This document shows positions 1 to 9,740 of a DNA stretch of 64,000 nt, piece after piece. The notes under the pieces were generated by a model. The model was given only the letters and a program-made list of their open reading frames with translations. It was not told the DNA's origin and made no database searches. The stretch comes from Azolla caroliniana (taxonomy: Eukaryota; Plantae; Polypodiophyta): the NCBI GenBank assembly GCA_043228905.1, contig JBHGNT010000009.1:5952001-6016000 (forward strand), written 5' to 3'. The first letter of the stretch is position 1. Every line of letters starts with the position of its first letter. The position numbers and the translations under genes are program-made.

Positions 1-3000
1 ATATTAATAAATATAACTTGGTCCTCGTCCTTCTCCAATGCAACTGTATTTCTAAACAGCTTCAATGCACATGCTGACGTAGTTCCTATGATGTAAGTAA
101 CAAGAAGATTTAGTTGTCAAACGAAAAAAAGTGATTGGTTATCTCAAGATCGTTACCCTAGTTCGAGGAATACCTGTGCCAGAAAAGAGATCTAATATCC
201 AGTCTCCTTCGACAGAAAACATCTCGATCAAGCGCATCATAAGTCGTTGAGGTTTTTGGTATGGGTTGACAAGTCCCCGTTCTGTCGTGGTGACATGTCG
301 CAATTTCCGAGTCACTGCTGGATATACCAACAGATTTGAACCTCCCACTTCATTAGAATGCTCTTTGATTCTCTGTTTTTTAATTTCATCGAAGTAGCCA
401 ACCGTTATGTATTCAATGGCATTAACGAACCGAAAAGTTGGCCCTCTATTTACATTGGTCTTGATCCTATAAAAAATAATTCATCGAGTTAAGAATAGAT
501 TCAACAACCTTAAGAATTGCAATATAATGAAAGACACCTATAAATAATCCTTACCATGCAAGGTTCTCGATGCCATGGCAACGAGATCTCAAAGCTTGAG
601 CTACCGAGTACCCTTGGTCCATACAATGAAAGACAACTATTCGCCACAAGGATGCGGTCGTTAGCTCAGCGAAATCCTTGACCATCTTCTCCAATTGTTT
701 AAACCTAAACGGTTCATCGTCGTATGATGACCCAGCCATTCGAAATCCGTAAGGAATATCCACAATCATTAGCGTATATTCCTTCTTTGGCACCTTCTGG
801 ATCAAGTCGATGACATCACCGCAAACCACATTGTAGTAAAGATCTCTCGTAATATCTTTTTTGTGGCTAAATTTTTTAAACGAGCCATCTTCCTCCATTT
901 CGTACGCCTTGACTAAGCGACGATCCTTTTCTTTTCTGGCTCGCTCGAGATGTGCAAGGAAGGATGTAGGGAAATCGTGTATATCCTTAACTTCTCCTTG
1001 TTTCTTGCCTCGACACGGTTTCTAATAGAAGCAATAGGACATCAGGTATTATTATACAAGCTCTACATATGATGAAAGGGTAATGAAAGAACATCAATAC
1101 TAACCCAATCCTTGAATGCAATAAAATACTCTGATAACGCCTTATACGAAGACGTTAGAGGATAATCCTCGGTCACTTGTTCCCATGTTATACATCCAAG
1201 TTGTTTCATCATTACTTCTTGGATCTTCATGTACACCTTATGACTGTAAAATTAGAAATCAAGATTAGAACTTTGAATTACACCAGATAGACTACAATTT
1301 CAGTATTTGAAAGACTTACTTATTGAACTCGGTGACCATTTCTTCAAGGCTTAAATCTTTCGCCACAACCCTTGACAAAACCGACACAAGAAGCTGCTCG
1401 TCCTTAATACCTTGCATCGCTCTCCATAGAGACAGCTTCATGTCGTCTGCCGCTTCTTCAATTGTCAAGTCAATTTTCTTGGCGGCTTGTGACTTTAATT
1501 CTAGTTGAGGGTCAACTCTACATTTCTTTTGTCGTTGACCCTTTACCTCCTTATTCTCCCACATTGTGAAGATTTGATCTTGGAGGTCCCATACTTCTCC
1601 ATCTCTAAACGCCAATTGAAACCAAGATTCATACTTTCGAAGACCATCGGACCTAACATTATCATCTACCACAATGCCGACTTCATGCAGACATTGACGT
1701 CGAAGGCCTGGATGTAACTTCACACCAAACTTTTGTTTCACATCTAAATACTCGTGGTGGAAGAACCGGATACGCTCAATAGACGACATTTTCTGCCTAT
1801 AGTCATTATCATTATTATGGTCCCATGCCAACAGCTTAGCCTCTTCGGTTGTGAGTCCAACATAAATTTTGCACTCGGCATACTTGAAGAAGAAAGTGGT
1901 TGGATGTTCTCTCACAAGTTGTCGACGTGCCTCTGCTGAATGCGATCCACCAATGACAAAATAATTATATTGATCATGCTTTCTGATATCAAAATCTTCA
2001 ATGGTGTCACATTCTTCAGGATCCACCATAACAATAAAAGGCACCACTGTGGCATGAGGATTAATTTTCATTTTTTTCTTGAGATTTTGAACATGCATGC
2101 GATGAGGCTCTCTAATCTCAAGTGGTCTTCGACCTGTTTTTTCATCAATAGGGGGCCGATGGATGTGTGTTATAGGCAAATTAAATACTTGCCCTTTCCT
2201 GACCAGCTTCCGTTGCATTAACTCTCTCCTTATTTTATTCTGCTCGGATGACAAAACACCCGAGGCCAGCTCGGCTCCTGGCGTCCCCTTATTCTCCTCT
2301 TCTTCATTTTCACTTGTCGAATCCGTATCCGACATTTTCGTTGTCTTCTTCTTGGCTGGTCTTGACTGGACTTTGGATACCTTTTTAGTGGCTTTCAAGT
2401 GGGAGGGCTCTTCATCTCTTAGAGTTACATGGCCTTGTATATAAGGCCTCAAGGTAACAATCAGGTTTTGTGAGGTATCAAGTGCTTTTTTGAACACTTC
2501 AGGCCCACAAGATTCCTTTACTAAAAGATCTTCTGAAAGGAACACTTTGCGTACCCCCTTGGAGCACTCTATCATTACCAGTATGTTGGCTGAATCTGCA
2601 TCTTCGTAGTCAAATCGTAGAATTCGGCCATACATAAATGGAGTTTCTTTTCCTAGCTGCCCCTCACCCTTCTTCTTTGCTGTATACAATACGACTTTTT
2701 TCTTTGAGTCGATATATTGCATACACCATTCCTTGTCCGTTAGATCTCGGTCAGGAAGGTCCTCGCCTCCAGTAGCGGCGACAAGTTTCTTTTGGCTTAC
2801 ATCACTATGTGGCTGAGATTTTGTCTCTTCGTTAAAGAGAAGCTTTTTTCCTCTCTTCATGGTCTCCGGAGTTACCTTGGTCTGGGCTTCGATTGGAGAA
2901 CCTTGTATACGAAGCTTAATTTTCTTCACGGGTCGGTCTGACAGGTTCTCAAACGACCTATTTAAGAAAGAATATGCAAAAACATAAGTTAGACAGTCAC

Positions 3001-6000
3001 GTAGATTGAAGTTATTATTATAATGAAGAACAGTTTCCAGGAGCAGTAACATATTCAAAAATCTATTATAGGCAGGGCTATTCAACCTAGAAATTATATA
3101 TCGTAATACGTTGTCGCGTTGTTACGCGCGTGCGTGGAGAAGGGCGGAACCACGGGGGTCTTGGACTAAGGAGAAGGGGAGAAGGAATAGGACTTCGGAA
3201 TGGAGCTTAGCACAAGAAGAGAAAGAATGAACAAGAGGAAGATGGAGGCCAAATGCTCAACAAGTTATATTAGAACCGAAAACCGATTACAAAATGGCGG
3301 CCGCGTAGGCCGCACCGAACGACTATGAAAAACCCGAAACCCTAATCCGACGAAGAAGAAAAGAAACCCTAACTAATGAACCCTAAACGAAATGGTATAC
3401 CTTACTCGCACTCCAAAATAAGGCAACCCCCACAATAGTGCTCTTCCTCTCCTTTTATAGCACAAGGAGAGAAGACCGTTTTCAAAAAGGGTGCTACAAA
3501 ATATCCCCTTTCAATCAATGGGGATATTTCCCTTGATTTTAGGGGAGGAGGGAAGGATGGGTGTTAACTCCCACCTCTACGCGAACTACTATGTACCTAT
3601 CTCTCTCTCTCACGTGGATGTGCGCGAAAAGGCACATCACCTTTACACTTTACAAATCCTAAGGTGCATTTCTAGCACCATACTTATCACTATCGATAAA
3701 TAGAAATACAACATGTTGATGTGCAACGTTGCACATCGCGGGTTTGCTTGCTTCGCTCGGTTTTCCGCCTATGGACGAAAATCTTCACGACATCCGCCCC
3801 CACCTAACCGCACATCCACCGGTATGTGCCAAAAGGGGAACAAAACGCGAGATTTTCGGCCAAGGCGGCCAACCGAGCCCTTGACAACCTCGTGGGCTTG
3901 CCCCGCTTCGTCTTCCACTTCGAGCAAGTCCACCCCGTCCACACGAACCACCGTCGCCTTCCGGCCCACCATCTTCGTCGAATGGTCTCGAACCGTCGGC
4001 CCCATCCGATCCGCCACATCCACCGTGATTCCTCGAACCACCGTCTTCATCCGGACCGCCGTTTCCGATGCCCGCGCTTTCTTCCCCGATCGGTCCTCCC
4101 GAACGCCGTTGCCGACCCGGTTGCTCTTCTTTTGTCCGCCTTTCCCGTGCCGCACACCTCGGCGTGCCGACTCTCTCTGCTCCGCGATTGCCTTCCGTGG
4201 GCTTTCCCCGTATGTCGATGCTCTCCCCCGAATGCGTGCTCGTGCTTCGGTCCTTCGACGACCCCATCGCGCATCTTCCGCCTTCCCTTCGCCTTCCGTG
4301 CTCTTTCGCCGTAGAGCATACCATCATTCCCGTGCTCGTTGCTTGGCCCTCATGCGGCCGCATTGCACGTTTCGCATTCCGCTCCTCTTCGCGTACCCTT
4401 TCGGAAAGGTACCTTTCTTCCCCGATCTCCGTTTCGCTCGGAGGAACACCTTCTTGGCCCTCTTGGCCCGCTCGACCGCACACATCCTTCGTGATGTCGT
4501 GTTTGTTCTTTTGGGCGCATACGTCTTCGTTCCCCGCGACCTCCCGTATGCCTCTCTCGGTGCCTTCATCCGTTGTGGCCTTCGTCCCCTCGCCGCCACC
4601 GTCCGCCACTCTTGGTCTCACGTCGGCACTCGCGCCGACCGCCGGAGTCTCTATAGCCGGTGTGGAGGATCCCTCTCGGGCCTTATCTTCGTGGCCGCCG
4701 GTCTTAGCCTCTCCGTAGGCCACCTCTTCCCACCAATCTTCCCTAGCATCGTGCCAGGTCTCGTCGTCGCCGCCTTCTTCCTCGTATTCGCCTCTCGAAG
4801 GCGTGATCCGACCGTCATCTTCGGTCGCTCGATGTGGCTCCTTCGTAGGCATGCTTGTGTCTTGGCCCTCCATCGGCCGTATTGCATGCATCTCGTCTCG
4901 CTCTCCCGCCGTAGACCCGACCTCCGTGTCGGTCTTCTCCTCCTTTGTCGCCGTAGCCCGTTCCGACACGGGCTCGCCGTCTTGGACCCACCCGTCCACC
5001 ATCTCGTACCGGATATCCGTTCCGGTAACCTCGTACGCTCCGGCCTCCGACTCCTCGCCGCCACCCGCCGTTTCTCCGGTCTTATGTTGATCCGCAACCG
5101 CCGTAGTCTCTAGAGTGGGTATGGAGGGTCTCGTTTGTTTCCGTTTTTCCCCCGAACCATGGTCGTCGTGCCCGGTTAGCCTCCATCTCGCGCTTACCGG
5201 CTCCCATCGTAACCGTAACCGGCCAATCGGTCTCGCCGGCTTCCTTCGGTTTGGGCCCGGTTCGCCGGCCCTTACTCTCTTCTTCTTCCGTGCCGTATTC
5301 CGGTCGGGTCGGTTCCCGACTCTCTCCTTGTTTCCGCTCCGGTCCTCTCCGTCGGACCCACCGTATACGCCCATTCCGGGCCCCGCATACTCGTCTTCGT
5401 ATGCGCTCTCTCCGGGCCTCACCTCCTCACGGTCACCGCCCATCTCTCCGGTCTCACGTTGGCATCCGAGCACAACCGCCGAAGCCTCCGGCCCCGGTGT
5501 CAAGGGGTCTTGCCTCCGTCCGCTCCAATCTTCCTTCTCGATTCCGTTGCCCGCCTTGCCGCCGTCACCTCCCGTCGCACTAAGCCTCATGCCGGCACTT
5601 GGGCCGGCCATTGGAGCCTCTAGGATTGGTGTGGGTAAGGACCCGGCACCGCCGCTTGTTGTCTCCGTAGCCGCTTTCGTTCGGACGTCGTTGTCCGCGG
5701 CTCCCCCATCTCCGATTCCGTAAGCCTCTAGTATGCTTGCCACCACCTCTTCTTCGCCGTTCTCCGCATCATTTTGTTTGCCCGCCTTGCCGCCGCCACC
5801 GCCCGTCGTTCTAGGTCTCGTGCCGGCACTCGGGCCGACCGCCGAAGCCTCTAGGGCCGGTGTGTGGAAGGTCGCGGCACCACCGCTCGCCTCCTCTCCG
5901 CTCGATGTTTTGGGCCGCCGTGCCCCGAATCTTCCGCCCACTTTCGAAGTGGTGCTCTCCGCTTCGTAGTCACCGGCCTCATCCTTGGCCGTCCATTCGC

Positions 6001-9000
6001 CGCAAGACGAGAGGGTTGCTCGCTTCGCACCCTCTCCCATGTCGTCGTCGTTTCGGTTGCCCGCCTTGCCGCCGCCACCGTCCGTCACTCTAGGCCTCTC
6101 GCCGGCTCTCGGGCCGGGTGCCGGGGTCTCTAGGACCGGTGTGTGGAAGGTCGCGACACCACCACTCCTCTCGTCCGTAGCCACCTCCATTCGGACATCG
6201 TCGTCCGTGGCTACCCCGTCTTCGGTTTCGCAAGCATCGAGTATGCTTGCCGCCGCCTCTTCTTCGCCGGTCTCGTCCTCATCTCGGTTGTCCGCCTTGC
6301 CGCCGCCACCATCCGTAGCTCTCGGTCTCGTGCCGGCACTCGGGCCGACCGCCGAAGCCTCTAGGGCCGGTGTGTGGAAGGTCGCGACACCATCGCTCGT
6401 TTCGTCTTCCTCCTCCATTTCGCAAGCCTCGAGTATGCTCGCGAAATCCTCGTAGAACGTTTCGGGCAACCGCGTCCCGAAACTTCCGCCCACTCTCGAA
6501 GTGGCGTCCATCGCTCCGTAGATATCGGCCTCGTCCATGGCCGTTCTTTTTCCCCGAGATGAGACGGTCGCTTGCTCCGCACCTTCTCTCGCGTCGACGC
6601 CGTGGTCGCCCGCCTTGCCACCGCCACCGCCTTTCACCATAGGTCTTACGCGGGCACTCGGGCCGGCCGCCGTGATCTCTAGGAATGACGCGTGTAAGGT
6701 CGCGGGACCGCCGCTCGTCGATGTAATGTCCGTAGCCACCTCCGCTCGGACGTCGTTGTCCGTGGCTACCCCGCCTCCGCATATGCAAGCATCGGTTATG
6801 CTCGCCGCCGCCTCTTCCGCGGTCTCCTTACCGTTGTCTCGGTTGCCCGCCTTGCCGCCGCCACCGTTCTTTTCCCTCGGTCTCACGCGGGCGCTCGGGC
6901 CGGCCGCCGGGGTCTCTTGAACCGGTGCGTGGAAGGTTGCGGTACCGCCGCTTGTCTCCTCCGTACTCGATGATTCGGGCCACCATGTCCCGAATCCGCC
7001 ATGTCCGCTCGAATCGGCGATCGCCGCCTCACCGTCCCCGACCTCGTCCTCGGTCGTTCTTTTCCCCCATGTCGAGAGGGCGGTTCGCTCCGCACCCTCT
7101 CCCGTGGTACCGATGTACCATTCTCTTTCGGCCTCCGCATAGGCCCCGTCCTCCATGTGTGAGGAAGCTCCTTCCTCCGCGTCCTCCGATCCGCTCGGGC
7201 CCGACCCCGCAATAAGCCATTCTTCGGCTTCGATTTTCGCCGTTACGAGCCCGCACGCCTCCCGTATTAGCGCTTGTAGGTCGAGCCCCTCCAAACCGGT
7301 TCGCGATGAGCTCTCGTCCGACGGCACGGCGTAGTCGGTCGTAGCTCTCTCTTCTCCCCCACTCGCGGGTCGTGTTGTGGCCGACCACCTCTTATCATGT
7401 TGTCGGCACACCCGTTCTACTTCGGGCCACTCCTCGGTGAGACCATGCGCCCCATAATCGTCTTGAAGCTCGATCATGATGTCCATCCTCTCCTCATGAT
7501 GGACCGTCTTCAAAAATAGGAGGACTTTGTCCGCCCCCACCGATCTTCGTTCCCACTCCGAGAGTTGAGAGAAACGACGCTCGAACTCTCGGAATGCCTC
7601 TATTGCGCTCCGATGGCGCCTCGCCGACGCCATCCACCGATCGAACTCTCGCCGACCTCTTACCTCCGATTCCGCGCACCCGTATGCCTCCATTAGAGCC
7701 CCTTCAAAGGACTCCCACGATTCGTGAGCTTCTTGGAGCTCCTTGACCTCCTCGTACTTTGATGCGGCCGCCGCTCGACGAAAGAACTCTAGCCTCGTCG
7801 CTTCGTCCACGCCCATCCCCGTCATTTCCGCATCGTAGGCTCTCAAAAATTTTGGGACCTCCTTCCCATCGAACCGGCCGACTAGACGGACCACCCTTTC
7901 GACCGCTTGTTGAGCCGCCTCTCGCCTCGCCCTCTTCCGTCCGGCGTCCATCAAGATCTTTGTCATCATCTCCTCGAAGTCGAAGCCTTCCTCCATCTCT
8001 TTCTCCCTTGCCGCCCTTCACGTCGGGTTCACCAAAGATGTCGCGTTGTTACGCGCGTGCGTGGAGAAGGGCGGAACCACGGGGGTCTTGGACTAAGGAG
8101 AAGGGGAGAAGGAATAGGACTTCGGAATGGAGCTTAGCACAAGAAGAGAAAGAATGAACAAGAGGAAGATGGAGGCCAAATGCTCAACAAGTTATATTAG
8201 AACCGAAAACCGATTACAAAATGGCGGCCGCGTAGGCCGCACCGAACGACTATGAAAAACCCGAAACCCTAATCCGACGAAGAAGAAAAGAAACCCTAAC
8301 TAATGAACCCTAAACGAAATGGTATACCTTACTCGCACTCCAAAATAAGGCAACCCCCACAATAGTGCTCTTCCTCTCCTTTTATAGCACAAGGAGAGAA
8401 GACCGTTTTCAAAAAGGGTGCTACAAAATATCCCCTTTCAATCAATGGGGATATTTCCCTTGATTTTAGGGGAGGAGGGAAGGATGGGTGTTAACTCCCA
8501 CCTCTACGCGAACTACTATGTACCTATCTCTCTCTCTCACGTGGATGTGCGCGAAAAGGCACATCACCTTTACACTTTACAAATCCTAAGGTGCATTTCT
8601 AGCACCATACTTATCACTATCGATAAATAGAAATACAACATGTTGATGTGCAACGTTGCACATCGCGGGTTTGCTTGCTTCGCTCGGTTTTCCGCCTATG
8701 GACGAAAATCTTCACGACAACGTAAAACGGGTTATATATTCTTTTAAATAGTAGAGATGACTTATATAGATTCTAAACCTATATTGAGGAGAATTTGCCA
8801 TAGTGAAGGCAATTTGTAGATCATTTTCTACTATTTAAAGCTAAAGTAGGTCAAAAAACACCTCTAATTAGAGCATGTATTTGTATAAAAGTAAGTAAAG
8901 TCAACATAAAAAAGACTGATTTTGCCAGACAATTTGATATCATTTCCACCCCGTAAACGATTTTTCCCTCTCAAAGGCTACACTTTAAACACGAACTCGA

Positions 9001-9588
9001 TACGGCGTATCGAGTTCGTGTTTAAAACCTACACTTTAAACACGAACTCGATACGGCGACTCGATACGGCGTATCGAGTTCGTATCGAGTTCGTGTTTAA
9101 AACCTACACTTTAAACACGAACTCGATACGCCGTATCGAGTTCGTGTTTAAAATTCAAACTTTAAACACGAACTCGATACGGCGTATCGAGTTCGTGTTT
9201 AAAACCTATACTTTAAACACGAACTCGATACGCCGTATCGAGTTCGTGTTTAAAATTCAAAGTTTAAACACGAACTCGATACGGCGTATCGAGTTCGTGT
9301 TTAAAACCTACACTTTAAACATGAACTCGATACGGCGTATCGAGTTCATGTATACAATACAAATATTTATACACGGACTCGATACGGCGTATCGAGTTCA
9401 TGTATACAATACAAATATTTATACACGGACTCGATACGCCGTATCGAGTCCGTGTATAAATATTTGTATTGTATACATGAACTCGATACGCCGTATCGAG
9501 TTCTTGAGAAACGAAACATATTTACAAAAATGTCCACACTGTCAGAGGCCTACCTGGACTCCTCGCGCTCGATTCTCTTGGAAGACAT
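1..9588 (-). CDS. ParB/Srx-like domain fused to a beta-class N6-adenine/N4-cytosine DNA methyltransferase; spliced, >=885 aa, 3' end runs off the window
   Basis: Exons on the - strand: 9588-9554, 2957-1320, 1243-1105, 1021-555, 466-174 and 85-<1. All introns are GT-AG with consistent phases (2,2,0,2,1), and no stops appear. ParB-like core: IREPHRMHVQNLKKKM...VPFIVMVD...YFVIGGSHSAEARRQL...LAWDHN. MTase motifs in beta order: VVCGDVIDLI, LMIVDIPYG (motif IV), WIKTN...EYITV, NPYQKPQRLMMRLIEMFS, GDWILDLFSGTGTTSACALKLFRNTVALEKD (motif I onward). Exon 1 is the least certain. Confidence 0.82.
3112..3792 (-). repeat. 3' LTR of element 3112-8719
   Basis: Direct repeat of 8039-8719, adjacent to the PPT. 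Confidence 0.95.
3785..7996 (-). CDS. 1403-aa Gag-like protein with a long repetitive acidic/Gly-rich extension; no PR, RT, RH or INT motifs seen
   Basis: The N-terminus (VGRFDGKEVPKFLRAYDAEM...KVLLFLKTV) aligns by eye with the Gag of element 40748-47852 (IGRFDGKDATKYLASYGAEM...RVLLFVKSV). It is followed by repeats of GxATFHTPxLEasAxGPSAgxRPRxTxGGGGKAgN. Confidence 0.8.
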   Translation of the reverse strand: MEEGFDFEEMMTKILMDAGRKRARREAAQQAVERVVRLVGRFDGKEVPKFLRAYDAEMTGMGVDEATRLEFFRRAAAASKYEEVKELQEAHESWESFEGALMEAYGCAESEVRGRREFDRWMASARRHRSAIEAFREFERRFSQLSEWERRSVGADKVLLFLKTVHHEERMDIMIELQDDYGAHGLTEEWPEVERVCRQHDKRWSATTRPASGGEERATTDYAVPSDESSSRTGLEGLDLQALIREACGLVTAKIEAEEWLIAGSGPSGSEDAEEGASSHMEDGAYAEAEREWYIGTTGEGAERTALSTWGKRTTEDEVGDGEAAIADSSGHGGFGTWWPESSSTEETSGGTATFHAPVQETPAAGPSARVRPREKNGGGGKAGNRDNGKETAEEAAASITDACICGGGVATDNDVRAEVATDITSTSGGPATLHASFLEITAAGPSARVRPMVKGGGGGKAGDHGVDAREGAEQATVSSRGKRTAMDEADIYGAMDATSRVGGSFGTRLPETFYEDFASILEACEMEEEDETSDGVATFHTPALEASAVGPSAGTRPRATDGGGGKADNRDEDETGEEEAAASILDACETEDGVATDDDVRMEVATDERSGGVATFHTPVLETPAPGPRAGERPRVTDGGGGKAGNRNDDDMGEGAKRATLSSCGEWTAKDEAGDYEAESTTSKVGGRFGARRPKTSSGEEASGGAATFHTPALEASAVGPSAGTRPRTTGGGGGKAGKQNDAENGEEEVVASILEAYGIGDGGAADNDVRTKAATETTSGGAGSLPTPILEAPMAGPSAGMRLSATGGDGGKAGNGIEKEDWSGRRQDPLTPGPEASAVVLGCQRETGEMGGDREEVRPGESAYEDEYAGPGMGVYGGSDGEDRSGNKERVGNRPDRNTARKKKRVRAGEPGPNRRKPARPIGRLRLRWEPVSARWRLTGHDDHGSGEKRKQTRPSIPTLETTAVADQHKTGETAGGGEESEAGAYEVTGTDIRYEMVDGWVQDGEPVSERATATKEEKTDTEVGSTAGERDEMHAIRPMEGQDTSMPTKEPHRATEDDGRITPSRGEYEEEGGDDETWHDAREDWWEEVAYGEAKTGGHEDKAREGSSTPAIETPAVGASADVRPRVADGGGEGTKATTDEGTERGIREVAGNEDVCAQKNKHDITKDVCGRAGQEGQEGVPPSETEIGEERYLSERVREEERNAKRAMRPHEGQATSTGMMVCSTAKEHGRRREGGRCAMGSSKDRSTSTHSGESIDIRGKPTEGNRGAERVGTPRCAARERRTKEEQPGRQRRSGGPIGEESAGIGNGGPDEDGGSRNHGGCGGSDGADGSRPFDEDGGPEGDGGSCGRGGLARSGRRSGASPRGCQGLGWPPWPKISRFVPLLAHTGGCAVRWGRMS
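8039..8719 (-). repeat. 5' LTR of element 3112-8719
   Basis: Direct repeat of 3112-3792, adjacent to the tRNA-Trp PBS. Confidence 0.95.
8984..9503. repeat. Tandem array of about 10 palindromes (51-bp period), core ACTCGATACG(G/C)CGTATCGAGT
   Basis: The unit TTTAAACACGAACTCGATACG-S-CGTATCGAGTTCGTGTTTAAA (43 bp) is followed by an 8-bp linker. A 125-bp perfect inverted repeat spans 9377-9501, centred on 9439. Confidence 0.95.
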
Positions 9589-9730
9589 GGTTGATCGTGT
9601 TGAAGTGGAGGCGGAGATCGCGCTTTCGTGCTTTGTGCTCTGAGTGCTTTGTGTGCTCTGTGTGCTCTTTGCGTTCTGTGTGCTCTGTACGCTCTGTATG
9701 CTCTGGTGACTGAAATATGATGAGGTCTTC

Positions 9731-9740
9731 CTATTTATAG
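9731..9740 (-). promoter_or_regulatory. TATA box (CTATAAATAG) of the ParB-MTase gene
   Basis: Lies about 145 bp upstream of the ACCATG start at 9588, with a CAGAGCACA-repeat 5' UTR in between. Confidence 0.6.

Larger units (their letters stand above)
3112..8719 (-). mobile_element. Young non-autonomous Ty3/Gypsy-type LTR element (gag-like ORF only)
   Basis: 681-bp TG...CA LTRs at 3112-3792 and 8039-8719 appear identical. 4-bp TSD ACGT (3108-3111 and 8720-8723). PBS TGGTGAACCCGACGTGA is complementary to the plant tRNA-Trp 3' end. PPT GTTAGGTGGGGGCGGA lies next to the 3' LTR. Confidence 0.93.

Noticed and set aside
2958-3085. ORF-track N-terminus of the 589-aa ORF
   Set aside because: TTG start in AT-rich sequence with a branch point and an acceptor at 2958; better explained as intron.
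1-3085. Bacterial or phage contamination as the source of the MTase
   Set aside because: It has five phase-consistent spliceosomal introns and a plant LTR insertion with a TSD.
3713-5113. 466-aa antisense ORF and other overlapping ORFs in GC-rich retroelements
   Set aside because: No recognisable motifs; expected shadow ORFs in GC-rich coding sequence.
8984-9503. CRISPR array
   Set aside because: The linkers are only about 8-15 bp and recur rather than being unique, no cas genes are present, and the context is eukaryotic.
8922-9713. 263-aa ORF with 17-aa repeats
   Set aside because: A by-product of the 51-bp palindrome period; TTG start and antisense to the MTase gene.
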